NCBI GenBank assembly: GCA_963749075.1 | Contig: CAVVLJ010000021.1 | Coordinates: 685,555 to 749,554, forward strand | Length of the DNA stretch: 64,000 nt | Reading direction: 5' to 3' | DNA from: an uncultured Pseudomonadota bacterium | GTDB lineage: Bacteria > Pseudomonadota > Alphaproteobacteria > JACZXZ01 | Part shown: positions 30,831 to 40,372 of the stretch, piece by piece | How the letters are laid out: each line of letters opens with the position of its first letter | Numbering within the stretch: the stretch's first letter is position 1 | Program-made: the position numbers and the translations under genes | The notes under the pieces: generated by a model | What the model was told of the DNA's origin: nothing | Databases searched by the model: none | What the model saw: only the letters and a program-made list of their open reading frames with translations

Positions 30831-32225
30831 TTGAGCACGGCCGAAGCCAAGGGACGGGAGCGGCGGGTGCCGCCGGAGGCGCGAGCGGCGGCGCTCGATT
30901 TCGAGCTGCCGCCGGGGCATCCCGCGGCCTATCACCAGACCATCGAGGCGTGCTTTGCCGAGCGCATCGGGCGGCAGGGGCTCGCGCGCGGCGACTACGA
31001 GGCGGTCCTCGCCGCGGCCGCACCGGCACTCGGCCGGCTCAAGGCGGCGCACGCGGCAGGCTCGCTCCCCTTCCTCATGCTGCCCGAGGCGACGGACGAT
31101 CTGGCCCTCATCGAGCGCGAGGCCCGGCGGCTTGCCGCCTCCTTCGCCGAGCTCGTGGTGCTCGGCACCGGCGGCTCGAGCCTGGGCGGGCAGGCGCTCG
31201 CCGCCCTCGCCGACCAGGAGTTCGCGCGGCCCGAGGGGAGGCCGCGCCTCCACTTCCTCGACAACATCGACCCCGAGCGCTTCGCCTCGCTCTTCGCGGC
31301 GCTCGATCACGCGCGCACGGGCTTTCTCGCCATCTCGAAATCGGGCTCGACGCCCGAGACGCTGGCCCAGCTCCTCGTCTCCTTTGCCGCCCTCTCCGAG
31401 CGCCTCGGCACGGCGGAGGCAGCACGCCGCTTCACGGTGATCGGCGAGCCCGGCGACAGCCCCATGCGGCGGCACGCCGAGCGCTTCGCCATTCCCGTGC
31501 TCGACCATGACAAGGGTTTGGGCGGGCGCTTCTCGGTGCTCTCGCTCGTGGGCCTCTTGCCGGCGCGGCTCGCGGGCGTCGACATCACGGCCGTGCGCGC
31601 CGGTGCCGCGGACGTGGTGCGGGCGCTCCTCGCGGCACGCGAACCCGCCGCCTCGCCGCCCGCCGTGGGGGCGGCGCTCGCCGTGGCGCTCAAGCGCCGG
31701 CGCCGCATCGCCGGCACCGTCGTCATGCCCTATGCCGACCGCTTGGCCGCCTTCGGCATGTGGTTCCGCCAGCTCTGGGCGGAGAGCCTGGGCAAGGGCG
31801 GCGAGGGTACCACGCCCACCCGCGCGCTCGGCACCGTCGACCAGCACAGCCAGCTCCAGCTCTATCTCGACGGCCCGGCCGACAAGATGTTCACCCTCGT
31901 GGTGGCGCGGCAGGCGGGAAAGGGCTTGGCCGTCCCCGCCGAGCTCGCCCGCGACCCGCGGCTCTCCTACCTCGCCGGCCGCACCATGGGCGACCTCCTG
32001 GCCGCCGAGCAGCGCGCCACCTACGACACGCTCGCCGCCGCCGGCCGGCCGGTGCGCGTGCTCGCCCTCGAGCGCGTGGACGAGCGCGCGCTCGGCGCCC
32101 TTCTCATGCATTACATGCTGGAGACCGTCATCGCCGCCGATCTCCTCGGCGTCGATCCCTACGACCAGCCCGCGGTCGAGGACGGCAAGCGCCGCGCCCG
32201 CGCCTATCTCGCGGGGCCGGGCTAG
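30831..32225 (+). CDS. pgi: Glucose-6-phosphate isomerase (short form)
   Basis: GTGGSSLG, SKSGSTPET, GGRFSVLS, QLWAESLGK, DQHSQLQ, DQPAVE. Confidence 0.93.
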   Translation: MSTAEAKGRERRVPPEARAAALDFELPPGHPAAYHQTIEACFAERIGRQGLARGDYEAVLAAAAPALGRLKAAHAAGSLPFLMLPEATDDLALIEREARRLAASFAELVVLGTGGSSLGGQALAALADQEFARPEGRPRLHFLDNIDPERFASLFAALDHARTGFLAISKSGSTPETLAQLLVSFAALSERLGTAEAARRFTVIGEPGDSPMRRHAERFAIPVLDHDKGLGGRFSVLSLVGLLPARLAGVDITAVRAGAADVVRALLAAREPAASPPAVGAALAVALKRRRRIAGTVVMPYADRLAAFGMWFRQLWAESLGKGGEGTTPTRALGTVDQHSQLQLYLDGPADKMFTLVVARQAGKGLAVPAELARDPRLSYLAGRTMGDLLAAEQRATYDTLAAAGRPVRVLALERVDERALGALLMHYMLETVIAADLLGVDPYDQPAVEDGKRRARAYLAGPG

Positions 32226-32257
32226 GGCATGTCCGCTTTGCCGGAACCGCGGTACTC

Positions 32258-32567
32258 GTCACCCCCGCGAAAGCGCTATGGGATGCACACATCTCGAGGA
32301 AGCTTGCAGAGCCATCGTGGGTCCTTCGAGACGCGCCCCTTCGGGGCGCTCCTCAGGATGAGGAAAATTTGTATGTGGCACAAAGACTTAACCTCATCCT
32401 GAGGAGCGAGCGCAGCGAGCGTCTCGAAGGACCCGCCGTAGCCGGTCCGAGGCTCCTTTTGCAAAGCGCAACACCATGATTTGCCGACGGTCTTCGGGCT
32501 TGTGTGCATCCCGTAGCGCGCAAGCGGGGGTCCGCGGCCGATGGATTCCCGCTTTCGCGGGAATGAC
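32258..32567. mobile_element. Nested MITE/REP cluster
   Basis: A REP-like GTCACCCCCGCG..GCGGGGGTCC is interrupted by an element with inverted termini CTA(T/C)GGGATGCACAC (32276-32516), which contains a CCTCAGGATGAG-type palindrome. A partner arm TGGATTCCCGCTTTCGCGGGAATGAC follows. Confidence 0.75.
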
Positions 32568-32632
32568 GATGATGGCGGCAATGGCAATCGGGGTTATCCT
32601 CATTTAGCGGAGCGTCAGGCGGAAAGCGATCC

Positions 32633-34427
32633 ATGAGCATTCGCCGGCTGCCCTTGAACCTGGTCAACCAGATCGCCGCCGGCGAGGTGGTGGAGCGCCC
32701 GGCCGCGGCCTTGAAGGAGCTCATCGAGAACGCCCTCGACGCCGGGGCTAGCCGCATCGAGGCGGCGCTTCGCGAGGGCGGGCGCACGCTCATCGCGGTC
32801 GCGGACGACGGCTCAGGCATGACGGCGGACGAGCTCCTCCTCGCCGTCGAGCGCCACGCCACCTCGAAGCTCCCCGAGGACGATTTGACGCGCATCGCCA
32901 CCTTGGGCTTCCGCGGCGAGGCGCTGCCCTCGATCGGCGCCGTCTCGCGCATGACGATTGCGAGCCGCGCGCGGGGTGCGTCCGACGCCTGGAGCCTCGC
33001 GGTCGAGGGCGGCGAGGTCGGCCGGCCGCAGCCGGCAGCGCAACCGACGGGCACGCGCGTCGAGGTGCGCGACCTCTTCTACGCGACGCCGGCCAGGCTC
33101 AAATTCATGAAGTCCGAGCGCAGCGAGCTCTTGGCCGCCATCGACGTGGTGAACCGCCTCGCCATGGCGCATCCGGCGGTGGCCTTCGCGCTCTCCGACG
33201 GCGCCCGCGCCTCCGTCAAGCTGCAGGCGGCCCAAGGCGATCTCCTGGACGCGCGGCTCGGGCGGCTCGAAGCGGTGATGGGCCGCGAGTTCGCCGACAA
33301 TGCGCTGCCAATCGCCGCCGAGCGCGAGGGCATCGGCCTCTCGGGCTATGCCGGCGTGCCGACGCTCAACCGTGCGACCGCGCAGCACCAGTACCTCTTC
33401 GTCAACGGCCGGCCGGTGCGCGACAAGCTCCTCTTCGGCGCCGTGCGCGGCGCCTACCAGGATTTCCTCGCGCGCGACCGCCACGCCATGCTCGCCCTCT
33501 TCCTCGAGCTCGCACCCGAGCTCGTCGACGTGAACGTGCATCCGAGCAAGGCCGAGGTGCGCTTCCGCGATGCCGGCCTGGTGCGCGGCCTCATCGTGAG
33601 TGCCTTGAAGCACGCGCTGGCGGCTGCCGGCCACCGCGCCTCGACCACCGTGGCCCACGCCGCGCTCGGCGCCTTCCAGCCGGCGTCGTCACCGGCCTAT
33701 GGCCGCGGCGCGGGCCACCTGCCGCGCGGCCTCGCCGAGGCGGCGGCGGCCTATTTCGCACCGGCCGCGGGCGAGGCGTTGCCGGGCCTGGCCGCGGCGC
33801 CCGAGGTGCGGCCGCTCGCGGCGGACGCTGGCGAGGACGAGACCGCCTATCCCTTGGGCGCCCCGCGGGCCCAGCTCCACGGCACCTACATCGTGGCCGA
33901 GACGGCCGACGGCATCGTCATCGTCGACCAGCACGCGGCCCACGAGCGCCTCGTCTACGAGCGCATGAAGCGGGCCCTCGAGGGGCGCGGCGTCGCCCGC
34001 CAGCTCCTCCTCATCCCCGAGGTCGTCGAGCTCGACGAGCCCGCGGCCGAGCGCCTCTCGCGCCGTGCTGCCGAGCTCGCCGAGCTCGGCCTCGTCCTCG
34101 AGCCCTTCGGCCCGGGTGCGGTCGTCGTGCGCGAGATGCCGGCGCTCTTGGGCGAGTGCGACATTGCGAGGCCTCGTGCGCGATCTCGCCGACGAGCTGG
34201 CCGAGCTCGGCCAGGCGCTCTCCTTGAAGGAGCGCCTCGAGGAGGTCTGCGGCACGCTCGCCTGCCACACGAGCGTGCGCGCCGGAAGGCGCTTGGGCCG
34301 CGCCGAGATGTCGGCGCTCCTGCGCGAGATGGAGGCCACCCCCCACTCCGGCCAGTGCAACCACGGCCGCCCCACCTACGTCGAGCTCAAGCGCGCGGAT
34401 ATCGAGCGGTTGTTCGGGCGGCGCTAA
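32633..34427 (+). CDS. mutL: DNA mismatch repair protein MutL, frameshift near 34165
   Basis: [32 protein letters not shown]; ACH and CNHGRPT lie in the shifted frame. Confidence 0.95.
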
Positions 34428-34428
34428 G

Positions 34429-34583
34429 TTCCCCTCTCCTCCTTCAGGAGGAGAGGGTCAGGGTGAGGAGGTCGCGCTGCAAGGCACGTTGTCGGCCGCA
34501 GAAGCGCGCAAGCACCCGGCCTCCTCACCTTCCCATCGCTTCGCGATGGGCCCCTTCCTCTCCTCCTGAAGGAGGAGAGGGAA
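34429..34583. repeat. About 155-bp palindromic repeat (CCCTCTCCTCCTTCAGGAGGAGAGGG family), copy 1
   Basis: Terminal inverted hairpins and internal CCCATCGCTTCGCGATGGG; similar copy at 46361-46514; lies between convergent mutL and rsmD. Confidence 0.88.
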
Positions 34584-34586
34584 TGG

Positions 34587-35186
34587 TTAAGGGCTTGCTT
34601 CTGCCGCCTGCCAGCGCAGGAAGAGGAGGCGGGTGCGGCCGTAGTGGCGCTCGTCGAGTAGGGCGAAGCCCGCGGGGAGGGGAAAGGATTCGCGGCGGTC
34701 GAGCTCGACGACGGCGAGCGCTCCGGGCTTGAGCCAGCCGGCCGCGGCGAGGGCTTGAAGTGCCGCGGGTGCGAGGCCGCTCCTATAGGGCGGGTCGAGG
34801 AAGACGAGATCGCGCGGGCCCGGGCCGCCGCGCACCTTCTCGCGCAACGGCGGGCGGCAGACGTTGGCCTGGAGGAGGGTGGCGTGCGCCTCCTCGCCGA
34901 GCGATTTCAAATTTCGCCGGGCGCATTCGAGCGCGCTCAGGTCGGAATCGAGGAACACCACATGGGCAGCACCGTGGGAGAGCGCCTCGAGGCCGAGGGC
35001 GCCCGAGCCGGCGCAGGCGTCGAGCACCGCTGCCTCCTCGACGAGCGGGCCGTCCTCGGCGGCGATGCGGCCTTGGAGGAGGATGTTGAAGAGGCTCTCG
35101 CGCACGCGGTCCTGGGTCGGCCGCACCGATTCGTCCTCGGGCGCCGCGATGGTGCGGCCGCGGTGCCTACCCGCGGTGATGCGCAT
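34587..35186 (-). CDS. rsmD: 16S rRNA m2G966 methyltransferase
   Basis: [35 protein letters not shown]. Confidence 0.95.
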   Translation of the reverse strand: MRITAGRHRGRTIAAPEDESVRPTQDRVRESLFNILLQGRIAAEDGPLVEEAAVLDACAGSGALGLEALSHGAAHVVFLDSDLSALECARRNLKSLGEEAHATLLQANVCRPPLREKVRGGPGPRDLVFLDPPYRSGLAPAALQALAAAGWLKPGALAVVELDRRESFPLPAGFALLDERHYGRTRLLFLRWQAAEASP

Positions 35187-35949
35187 GACGGCCGCCAGCA
35201 CCCGCGAGCTCCTTCCAGGCAGCACCCAGCTGGTCGCGCAGGACCCGCCGCTGCACCTCCTCGACGCGGCCGCGCGGCAGCTCGCCCAACTGGAACGGCC
35301 CGTAGGCGATGCGGATGAGGCGGTTCACCCTGAGCCCGAGATGCTCGAGCACGCGCCGCACCTCGCGGTTCTTCCCCTCGCGCAAGCTGACCGTGAGCCA
35401 GACGTTCGCCCCCTGCACGCGGTCGCGGGTGGCATCGATCGCGCCATAGGCCACGCCGTCGATGCGGATGCCGCGCGCGAGGTCCTTGAGCCGCCCCTCC
35501 TCGACGCTGCCGTAGGCGCGCACGCGGTAGCGCCGGAGCCAGCCGGTCGCCGGCAGCTCGAGGTGGCGCGCGAGCGCCCCGTCGTTGGTCAAGAGCAAGA
35601 GCCCCTCGGAGGCGAGGTCGAGGCGGCCCACGGCCACCACGCGCGGAAGCTCGGGCGGCAGCTTCTCGAAGACCGTGGCGCGGCCTTGCGGGTCGCGCGT
35701 GGTGGTCAAGAGGCCGGCGGGCTTGTGGTAGCGGAAGAGGCGCGGCGGCTCGCGCTCGGGGAGCGGCTTCCCGTCGACCACGATTAGGCTCGCCTCGCCC
35801 ACCACGACCGCGGGCGTCTTCAAGACCTTGCCGTCGACCGCGACGCGGCCGTCTGCGATCCAGCGCTCGGCCTCGCGCCGCGAGCAGAGGCCGGCGCGCG
35901 CGAGGCGCTTGGCGATGCGCTCGCCCTTGGCTTCCCCGCCGTCCGCCAC
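35167..35949 (-). CDS. rluB: RluB-like pseudouridine synthase
   Basis: S4 domain, GRLD..SEGLLLLTNDG, EGKNREVRR. Confidence 0.88.
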   Translation of the reverse strand: MADGGEAKGERIAKRLARAGLCSRREAERWIADGRVAVDGKVLKTPAVVVGEASLIVVDGKPLPEREPPRLFRYHKPAGLLTTTRDPQGRATVFEKLPPELPRVVAVGRLDLASEGLLLLTNDGALARHLELPATGWLRRYRVRAYGSVEEGRLKDLARGIRIDGVAYGAIDATRDRVQGANVWLTVSLREGKNREVRRVLEHLGLRVNRLIRIAYGPFQLGELPRGRVEEVQRRVLRDQLGAAWKELAGAGGRHAHHRG

Positions 35950-35953
35950 CGGC

Positions 35954-36667
35954 TCAGCCTGCCGCGGCGGCCACGAAGGCGGCGAGGATGCGCCCGTCGC
36001 CCGGGCTGATGAGGAACTCGGGATGCCACTGCACGCCCAAGCAGAAGCGGTAGCCGCGGTGCTCGATGCCCTCGATGATGCCGTCCTCGGCGAGCGCGTT
36101 GACGACGACGCCGGAGCCGACCTCCTTGGCCGCCTGGTGGTGGGCGGAATTGACGGCGAGCTCGTCCAAGCCGGTGATCTCGTGGAGGAGTGTCCCGCGC
36201 TCGACGCGCACGGTGTGGCCCGCCTCGGTGCGCGGGTTGGGCTGCTCGTGGGGGAGCGCTCCCTCGACCTCGTCCGGGATGTGCTGGATGAGGGTGCCGC
36301 CGAGGGCCACGTTCAAGAGCTGCTGGCCGCCGCAGATGCCGAGCACCGGCATATTGCACCTGAGCGCCGCCTCGAGGATGGCGCGCTCGAAGGCCGTGCG
36401 GCCGTCCTTGGTCTTGACCGTGGGGTGGCGCGTCGTGGCGCCGAAGAGGGCGGGGTCCACGTCGAAGGCGCCGCCGGTGACGACGAGGCCGTCGAGCCGC
36501 TCGAGATAATCCTCCGCGCGCTCGGGCTCGTGGGGCAGCAAGACCGGCAGCCCGCCCGCCGCAACGATGGTCTCGGCATAGTTCTGGCGCAGCGCATACC
36601 ACGGCAGCTTGGAATAGCCGCCCGGCGGCTCCGCATCGAGGGTGAGGCCGATGGCAGGGCGAGTCAT
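35954..36667 (-). CDS. Peptidase C26 / gamma-glutamyl-gamma-aminobutyrate hydrolase family
   Basis: PVLGICGGQQ, VNSAHHQA, GVQWHPE. Confidence 0.92.
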   Translation of the reverse strand: MTRPAIGLTLDAEPPGGYSKLPWYALRQNYAETIVAAGGLPVLLPHEPERAEDYLERLDGLVVTGGAFDVDPALFGATTRHPTVKTKDGRTAFERAILEAALRCNMPVLGICGGQQLLNVALGGTLIQHIPDEVEGALPHEQPNPRTEAGHTVRVERGTLLHEITGLDELAVNSAHHQAAKEVGSGVVVNALAEDGIIEGIEHRGYRFCLGVQWHPEFLISPGDGRILAAFVAAAAG

Positions 36668-36848
36668 GGCGGGGAATGTAGGGCGGTTCGGGGGGAAGGG
36701 CAATGCGGGGGGGCCTGTGTGTTGTGCCAAGGACGGACATGTACGCATCCGTGCCGAGTCACGATCAGCGACTGGAAACGAAACCGGTCGTTGGCCTCGC
36801 AAAGCGACTAGAGCCGCCGCCGCGCAGGAGCCCTGACGTGCCCACGGA

Positions 36849-39308
36849 TCACGGCTTGGCTAGAAGATTGAGGTTTAGCGCACCGCAACCGCATCGCAAG
36901 CCTTCCTTCTTCTCCCCTTGTTCGGGAACGACATAGAACATTTCTTGGCATGTGGAGCAGGTGAACGCCCCGGTGAAGCCTTTGAAGGCGGCCACCACTG
37001 GTTCGAAATCCGGCTTCTGTAGGTTCGCCCATGCGTTGAAATGGACAGCTGTGTTTATCTGCCATTGCTCATGACCAGTCTTTGTCTTGGCGTCCGCAAA
37101 AGCCGCGTCGCGAGTCGCAATCGAACCGACGGCGTCCTTCTGGCCCCAAGAGTTCGCTGCGGCCTTTGCCCTCTTGAAGAGCTCGCCGAGCGCACGCGTT
37201 GCGCTGGGGAGAAGGTCGCCGAGGGTAAACTGGGCATCACCACGAAACTCGACGTTGGCACGGAGGCGATCGCAGGTTTCCTTCGCGAAGTGTTCAAGAT
37301 AGTGTCGTAGGAGGGCGGCTGCTGCGCGAATGTCATTCTTAGCGAGATGGGCGTCCAATTCGGCCCAGACATCATGATCATTCCATTCGGTTGGCCCCAT
37401 GTCGACGTTCCACGTCCTGAAGTGGGCGAAGCTGCGTCCCTTGATCAAGCCCTCCGACCTCATGTGCTTGAGCCAAATCTCGTCGTGGGTCGTGAAGATG
37501 AACTGCGTGCTCGGAAAGTGCTCCTTGAGAAGTGTGCAAACCTGCCGCCGATGTCCGGTGTCGACCGACATCAGCACGTCGTCCAAGACTGCAAGGGTGA
37601 AATTGTCTCCGAGCAGATAGCGCATCAGTGCCAGGTATAGACACAGACCCATTCCATCTTGGTGTCCTTCGCTATGGTAGGCACCCGGCGGGAAGTGCCC
37701 GCGACCGTAAAAATCCACATCGAACCCCAGCTTGCCGATGGATGGCATCAGCCTGGCTGTGAACGTGCTCTCGTCCTCATGGTTCATCTCGCGGTAAAAT
37801 TCCGAGAAGGTCGCTTCGACATCCTTGTAGATGCCTTCAAGAGCCTTTGTGGTAACCTGAGCGTATAGATCGAAGACCTTTGATGCGCGTTCGGCGCGCA
37901 ACTTGCCGATGGCGACCTTCTGCCTGGCCCTACGGTATTGCTCGAGCCGCTCCTGAGCTACCACCAGAAATTCGCGTGCGGCGTCTTGCTTGGTCGGCTC
38001 TGGAATTGCGGCGACGCCGGCCGCCAGCGCCGTGATCGTCGTCGCGAGATCAGGTGCCTGGTGCGCCGCAAGCAACACGGCGCGAGTATCGTCGAGTGGC
38101 AACAGTTTTTGCAGTTGCGCGTAGCGGCCGGCCAGAATGGCCTTGAAGTCATTTAAGGCGGTGACCTCGACGGGCGGATTGAGCTGAGCGCCGTAGCCGA
38201 TGACCGTTGCCAGCGCGCTTCCAACCGCATGAATAACATCCATCAACGGACCGATCTGTGCTTCCAAGGCTCTTCGTTTTACGGTCACGGCCTCGAAGTG
38301 TTTCAGTTTTTCTGCTACGTGCTGTCGGAAAGCATCCGGTTCAAAAGGCGTGTCGCAGACCGGACAGACCTTGTCATCATAGAAATCGAGCGCGGACCGG
38401 AGCAATGCTTCGCGGGATACGGCGTCGAGGCTGTCAGCGTCCTTTGTGAGTTCGGCCGCTGCGGATGCAGCCGCGACGCATGTCTCTTTAAACGCTTCAG
38501 ACCGCAGCTTCTCAAGGGCGTCCTTTAGCGTCGTCAAATCGCCCGTTGCTTGGACCTTTGGAACGCGAGCGGGTGCTGCGCCGGTGGAAGCGGTTGCCAA
38601 ACCGTCCTTCACGGAGGTTGTCGCATCGAGCACTGTAAAAGCGGGTAGGCCCAAAAGCTCGCGCTTGGGGTTGACGGCCCCAAGGACGCTGGATTTGGAC
38701 AATTGGGCGACACCGAGCGCGGCCAGGAGATGTGAAATGGCATCCATTTCCGTGCGCTCCAGCGGCGGAAGCTCGCGGGCGCACGCATTAGAAATCTTTT
38801 GCAGGACCGTTCGCAGTTTTTCGATATCGTCAAGCCGTAGGAGAGCCTGCACCTCTTTAGAGCGTTGGCCTGGTTCGGACAGGACGTAACGGATCAACTC
38901 ACGCCGGGACAAGACGAACTCGGGATGAAGCTTCACATTGTCGAACGCGGCCTGGACGTCAACATCATTCGGCGTGATTGTCGGAACGCCCGCTGCTTTG
39001 ACGGTCCGGTGAATGGTCGCCCTTTTTCCGCCCAGCGACGGGATGACGACATCAAGAGTGACGAAGGATCGATCGGGCTTGTTCCGGCTGTCGACGTGCG
39101 GACCGTGTGCTTTTACCGAAAGTCCGCCCGTGCCGCTTCCGGACAGGCGAGAAATGCTCCCAGTCAGCCCAAACTCAATGGCGTCGACGATGCCGCTTTT
39201 GCCGGTTCCGTTCGGACCGCATGCGGCAAAGTTCTGGTCTTTGGTATCCAGCGTGAGGTCGCGAATACCGCGAAACTCATGTATCCGCAGCTTCTCGATC
39301 CGGATCAT
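36849..39308 (-). CDS. Rad50/SMC-like ABC ATPase with Zn-hook, HEPN-like C-terminal domain and Zn ribbon (RloC-like architecture)
   Basis: Walker A GPNGTGKS, coiled coil with CPVC, signature HSEGH, Walker B VLDDVLMSVD, H-loop TTHD, LLRHYLE...TLGDL...INTAVHFN, CSTC...CGC. Confidence 0.8.
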   Translation of the reverse strand: MIRIEKLRIHEFRGIRDLTLDTKDQNFAACGPNGTGKSGIVDAIEFGLTGSISRLSGSGTGGLSVKAHGPHVDSRNKPDRSFVTLDVVIPSLGGKRATIHRTVKAAGVPTITPNDVDVQAAFDNVKLHPEFVLSRRELIRYVLSEPGQRSKEVQALLRLDDIEKLRTVLQKISNACARELPPLERTEMDAISHLLAALGVAQLSKSSVLGAVNPKRELLGLPAFTVLDATTSVKDGLATASTGAAPARVPKVQATGDLTTLKDALEKLRSEAFKETCVAAASAAAELTKDADSLDAVSREALLRSALDFYDDKVCPVCDTPFEPDAFRQHVAEKLKHFEAVTVKRRALEAQIGPLMDVIHAVGSALATVIGYGAQLNPPVEVTALNDFKAILAGRYAQLQKLLPLDDTRAVLLAAHQAPDLATTITALAAGVAAIPEPTKQDAAREFLVVAQERLEQYRRARQKVAIGKLRAERASKVFDLYAQVTTKALEGIYKDVEATFSEFYREMNHEDESTFTARLMPSIGKLGFDVDFYGRGHFPPGAYHSEGHQDGMGLCLYLALMRYLLGDNFTLAVLDDVLMSVDTGHRRQVCTLLKEHFPSTQFIFTTHDEIWLKHMRSEGLIKGRSFAHFRTWNVDMGPTEWNDHDVWAELDAHLAKNDIRAAAALLRHYLEHFAKETCDRLRANVEFRGDAQFTLGDLLPSATRALGELFKRAKAAANSWGQKDAVGSIATRDAAFADAKTKTGHEQWQINTAVHFNAWANLQKPDFEPVVAAFKGFTGAFTCSTCQEMFYVVPEQGEKKEGLRCGCGALNLNLLAKP

Positions 39309-39514
39309 GCCGCGTCCGGAAATAATGCGGCCCGAATTGCCGGCTCAGCGAAGACGCCATCATCTAGGACCACCTCCCGTAACTTCGGGGCGATGTCTGC
39401 AAGCCCTTCCGTTTTCGCGAGCTCGTCGAAGAATTTGGAGAGCACAGCATGGGCAACGGTTGTCACCGGAGCGGAGCTTTCTTCGGATTCTGATGTCGGC
39501 TCGTTTTCCGTCAT
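39305..39514 (-). CDS. Small acidic helical protein translationally coupled to the ATPase
   Basis: 69 aa, strong SD AGGAGG, ATGA overlap with the ATPase start. Confidence 0.8.
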   Translation of the reverse strand: MTENEPTSESEESSAPVTTVAHAVLSKFFDELAKTEGLADIAPKLREVVLDDGVFAEPAIRAALFPDAA

Positions 39515-39532
39515 GGCTTTCCTCCTACATGT

Positions 39533-39561
39533 ATTATAAGTTGCGTGGAGTTGTTCGTCAC
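39533..39561 (-). promoter_or_regulatory. Sigma70 promoter of the small protein-ATPase operon
   Basis: GTGACG-17 bp-TATAAT on the minus strand just upstream of the SD. Confidence 0.7.
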
Positions 39562-39870
39562 GCGCGTATTTGGGGAACTACTGGAGCGGGAACCGGCAAG
39601 ACGGAATTTGTGCGCATCGGCCGCAACAAAGATGGCGCGGTCCGGCAGGAATCCGGTCTGGCCGATAACCGGTGCGAATACGTCTCGTCGCGCCGCACGC
39701 AACAGCACTTTTTGGGCCGGGGACAGCAATGGTCGCTCCTGGCGACTTACGGAGGGGCGTGATCGCGGAACGGGGTCCAGAGGGGGTTCGAGCCGGATCA
39801 GATCACGACGTTCGGCATCGTGAATTGCTACGTCAGCTAAGTGCCGATAGACGCGTCCAAGGAGAAAACA

Positions 39871-40362
39871 ATGATTGAGGTATGTCATAATCTCTTTGTT
39901 GGCTCACAGGATGATGAGGTCAGCATTCGTGGCCAAACCGGCTGGTTCGTTGTTCACGCCTGCAAAGAGCCTTATCACCGGGAAGCGTTGGGTTACAGAG
40001 GTCAAGGTGCGCCGAAAGCTCATCCCGAATATCTCGTCGCCCGGCGCAAAGGTTGCGTGATTCTCAATCTTATCGACGCCGATGATGTCAAATTCATTCC
40101 GCCAGAATTAATCGATGCCGCGTTAAGCGACATTCATCAGAACATCGCATCAAGCAAGGTTCTGGTTCACTGCAACCAAGGCATGTCTCGATCACCGACG
40201 ATTGCCTTTTTGTATTTGTTGAGATTCTCCGATTTGTTTGATGGGCAAGATCACCAAAAAGGTTTGCAGAACTTCAAAAGGCTCTATCCGGTCTATGTTC
40301 CGAAGCAGGGCATGGCCGATTATGTCAAACTAAACTGGCTCAGATATGCGTCTAGAGAATAA
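39871..40362 (+). CDS. Dual-specificity (Cys-based) phosphatase
   Basis: VLVHCNQGMSRS = HCxxGxxRS, N-terminal LFVG, SD AAGGAG. Confidence 0.92.
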   Translation: MIEVCHNLFVGSQDDEVSIRGQTGWFVVHACKEPYHREALGYRGQGAPKAHPEYLVARRKGCVILNLIDADDVKFIPPELIDAALSDIHQNIASSKVLVHCNQGMSRSPTIAFLYLLRFSDLFDGQDHQKGLQNFKRLYPVYVPKQGMADYVKLNWLRYASRE

Positions 40363-40372
40363 GTGCAGACCC

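Noticed and set aside
32633-34427. True mutL pseudogene or programmed frameshifts in mutL, nudC and purD
   Set aside because: Single indels without slippery signals in a contig with many similar errors; sequencing error is more parsimonious, though this is unverified without reads.
36849-39308. Housekeeping SbcC/RecN/SMC, or a Wadjet/Lamassu call
   Set aside because: No sbcD, jetABD or recognisable lmuA neighbour; atypical composition and an extra HEPN-like tail.
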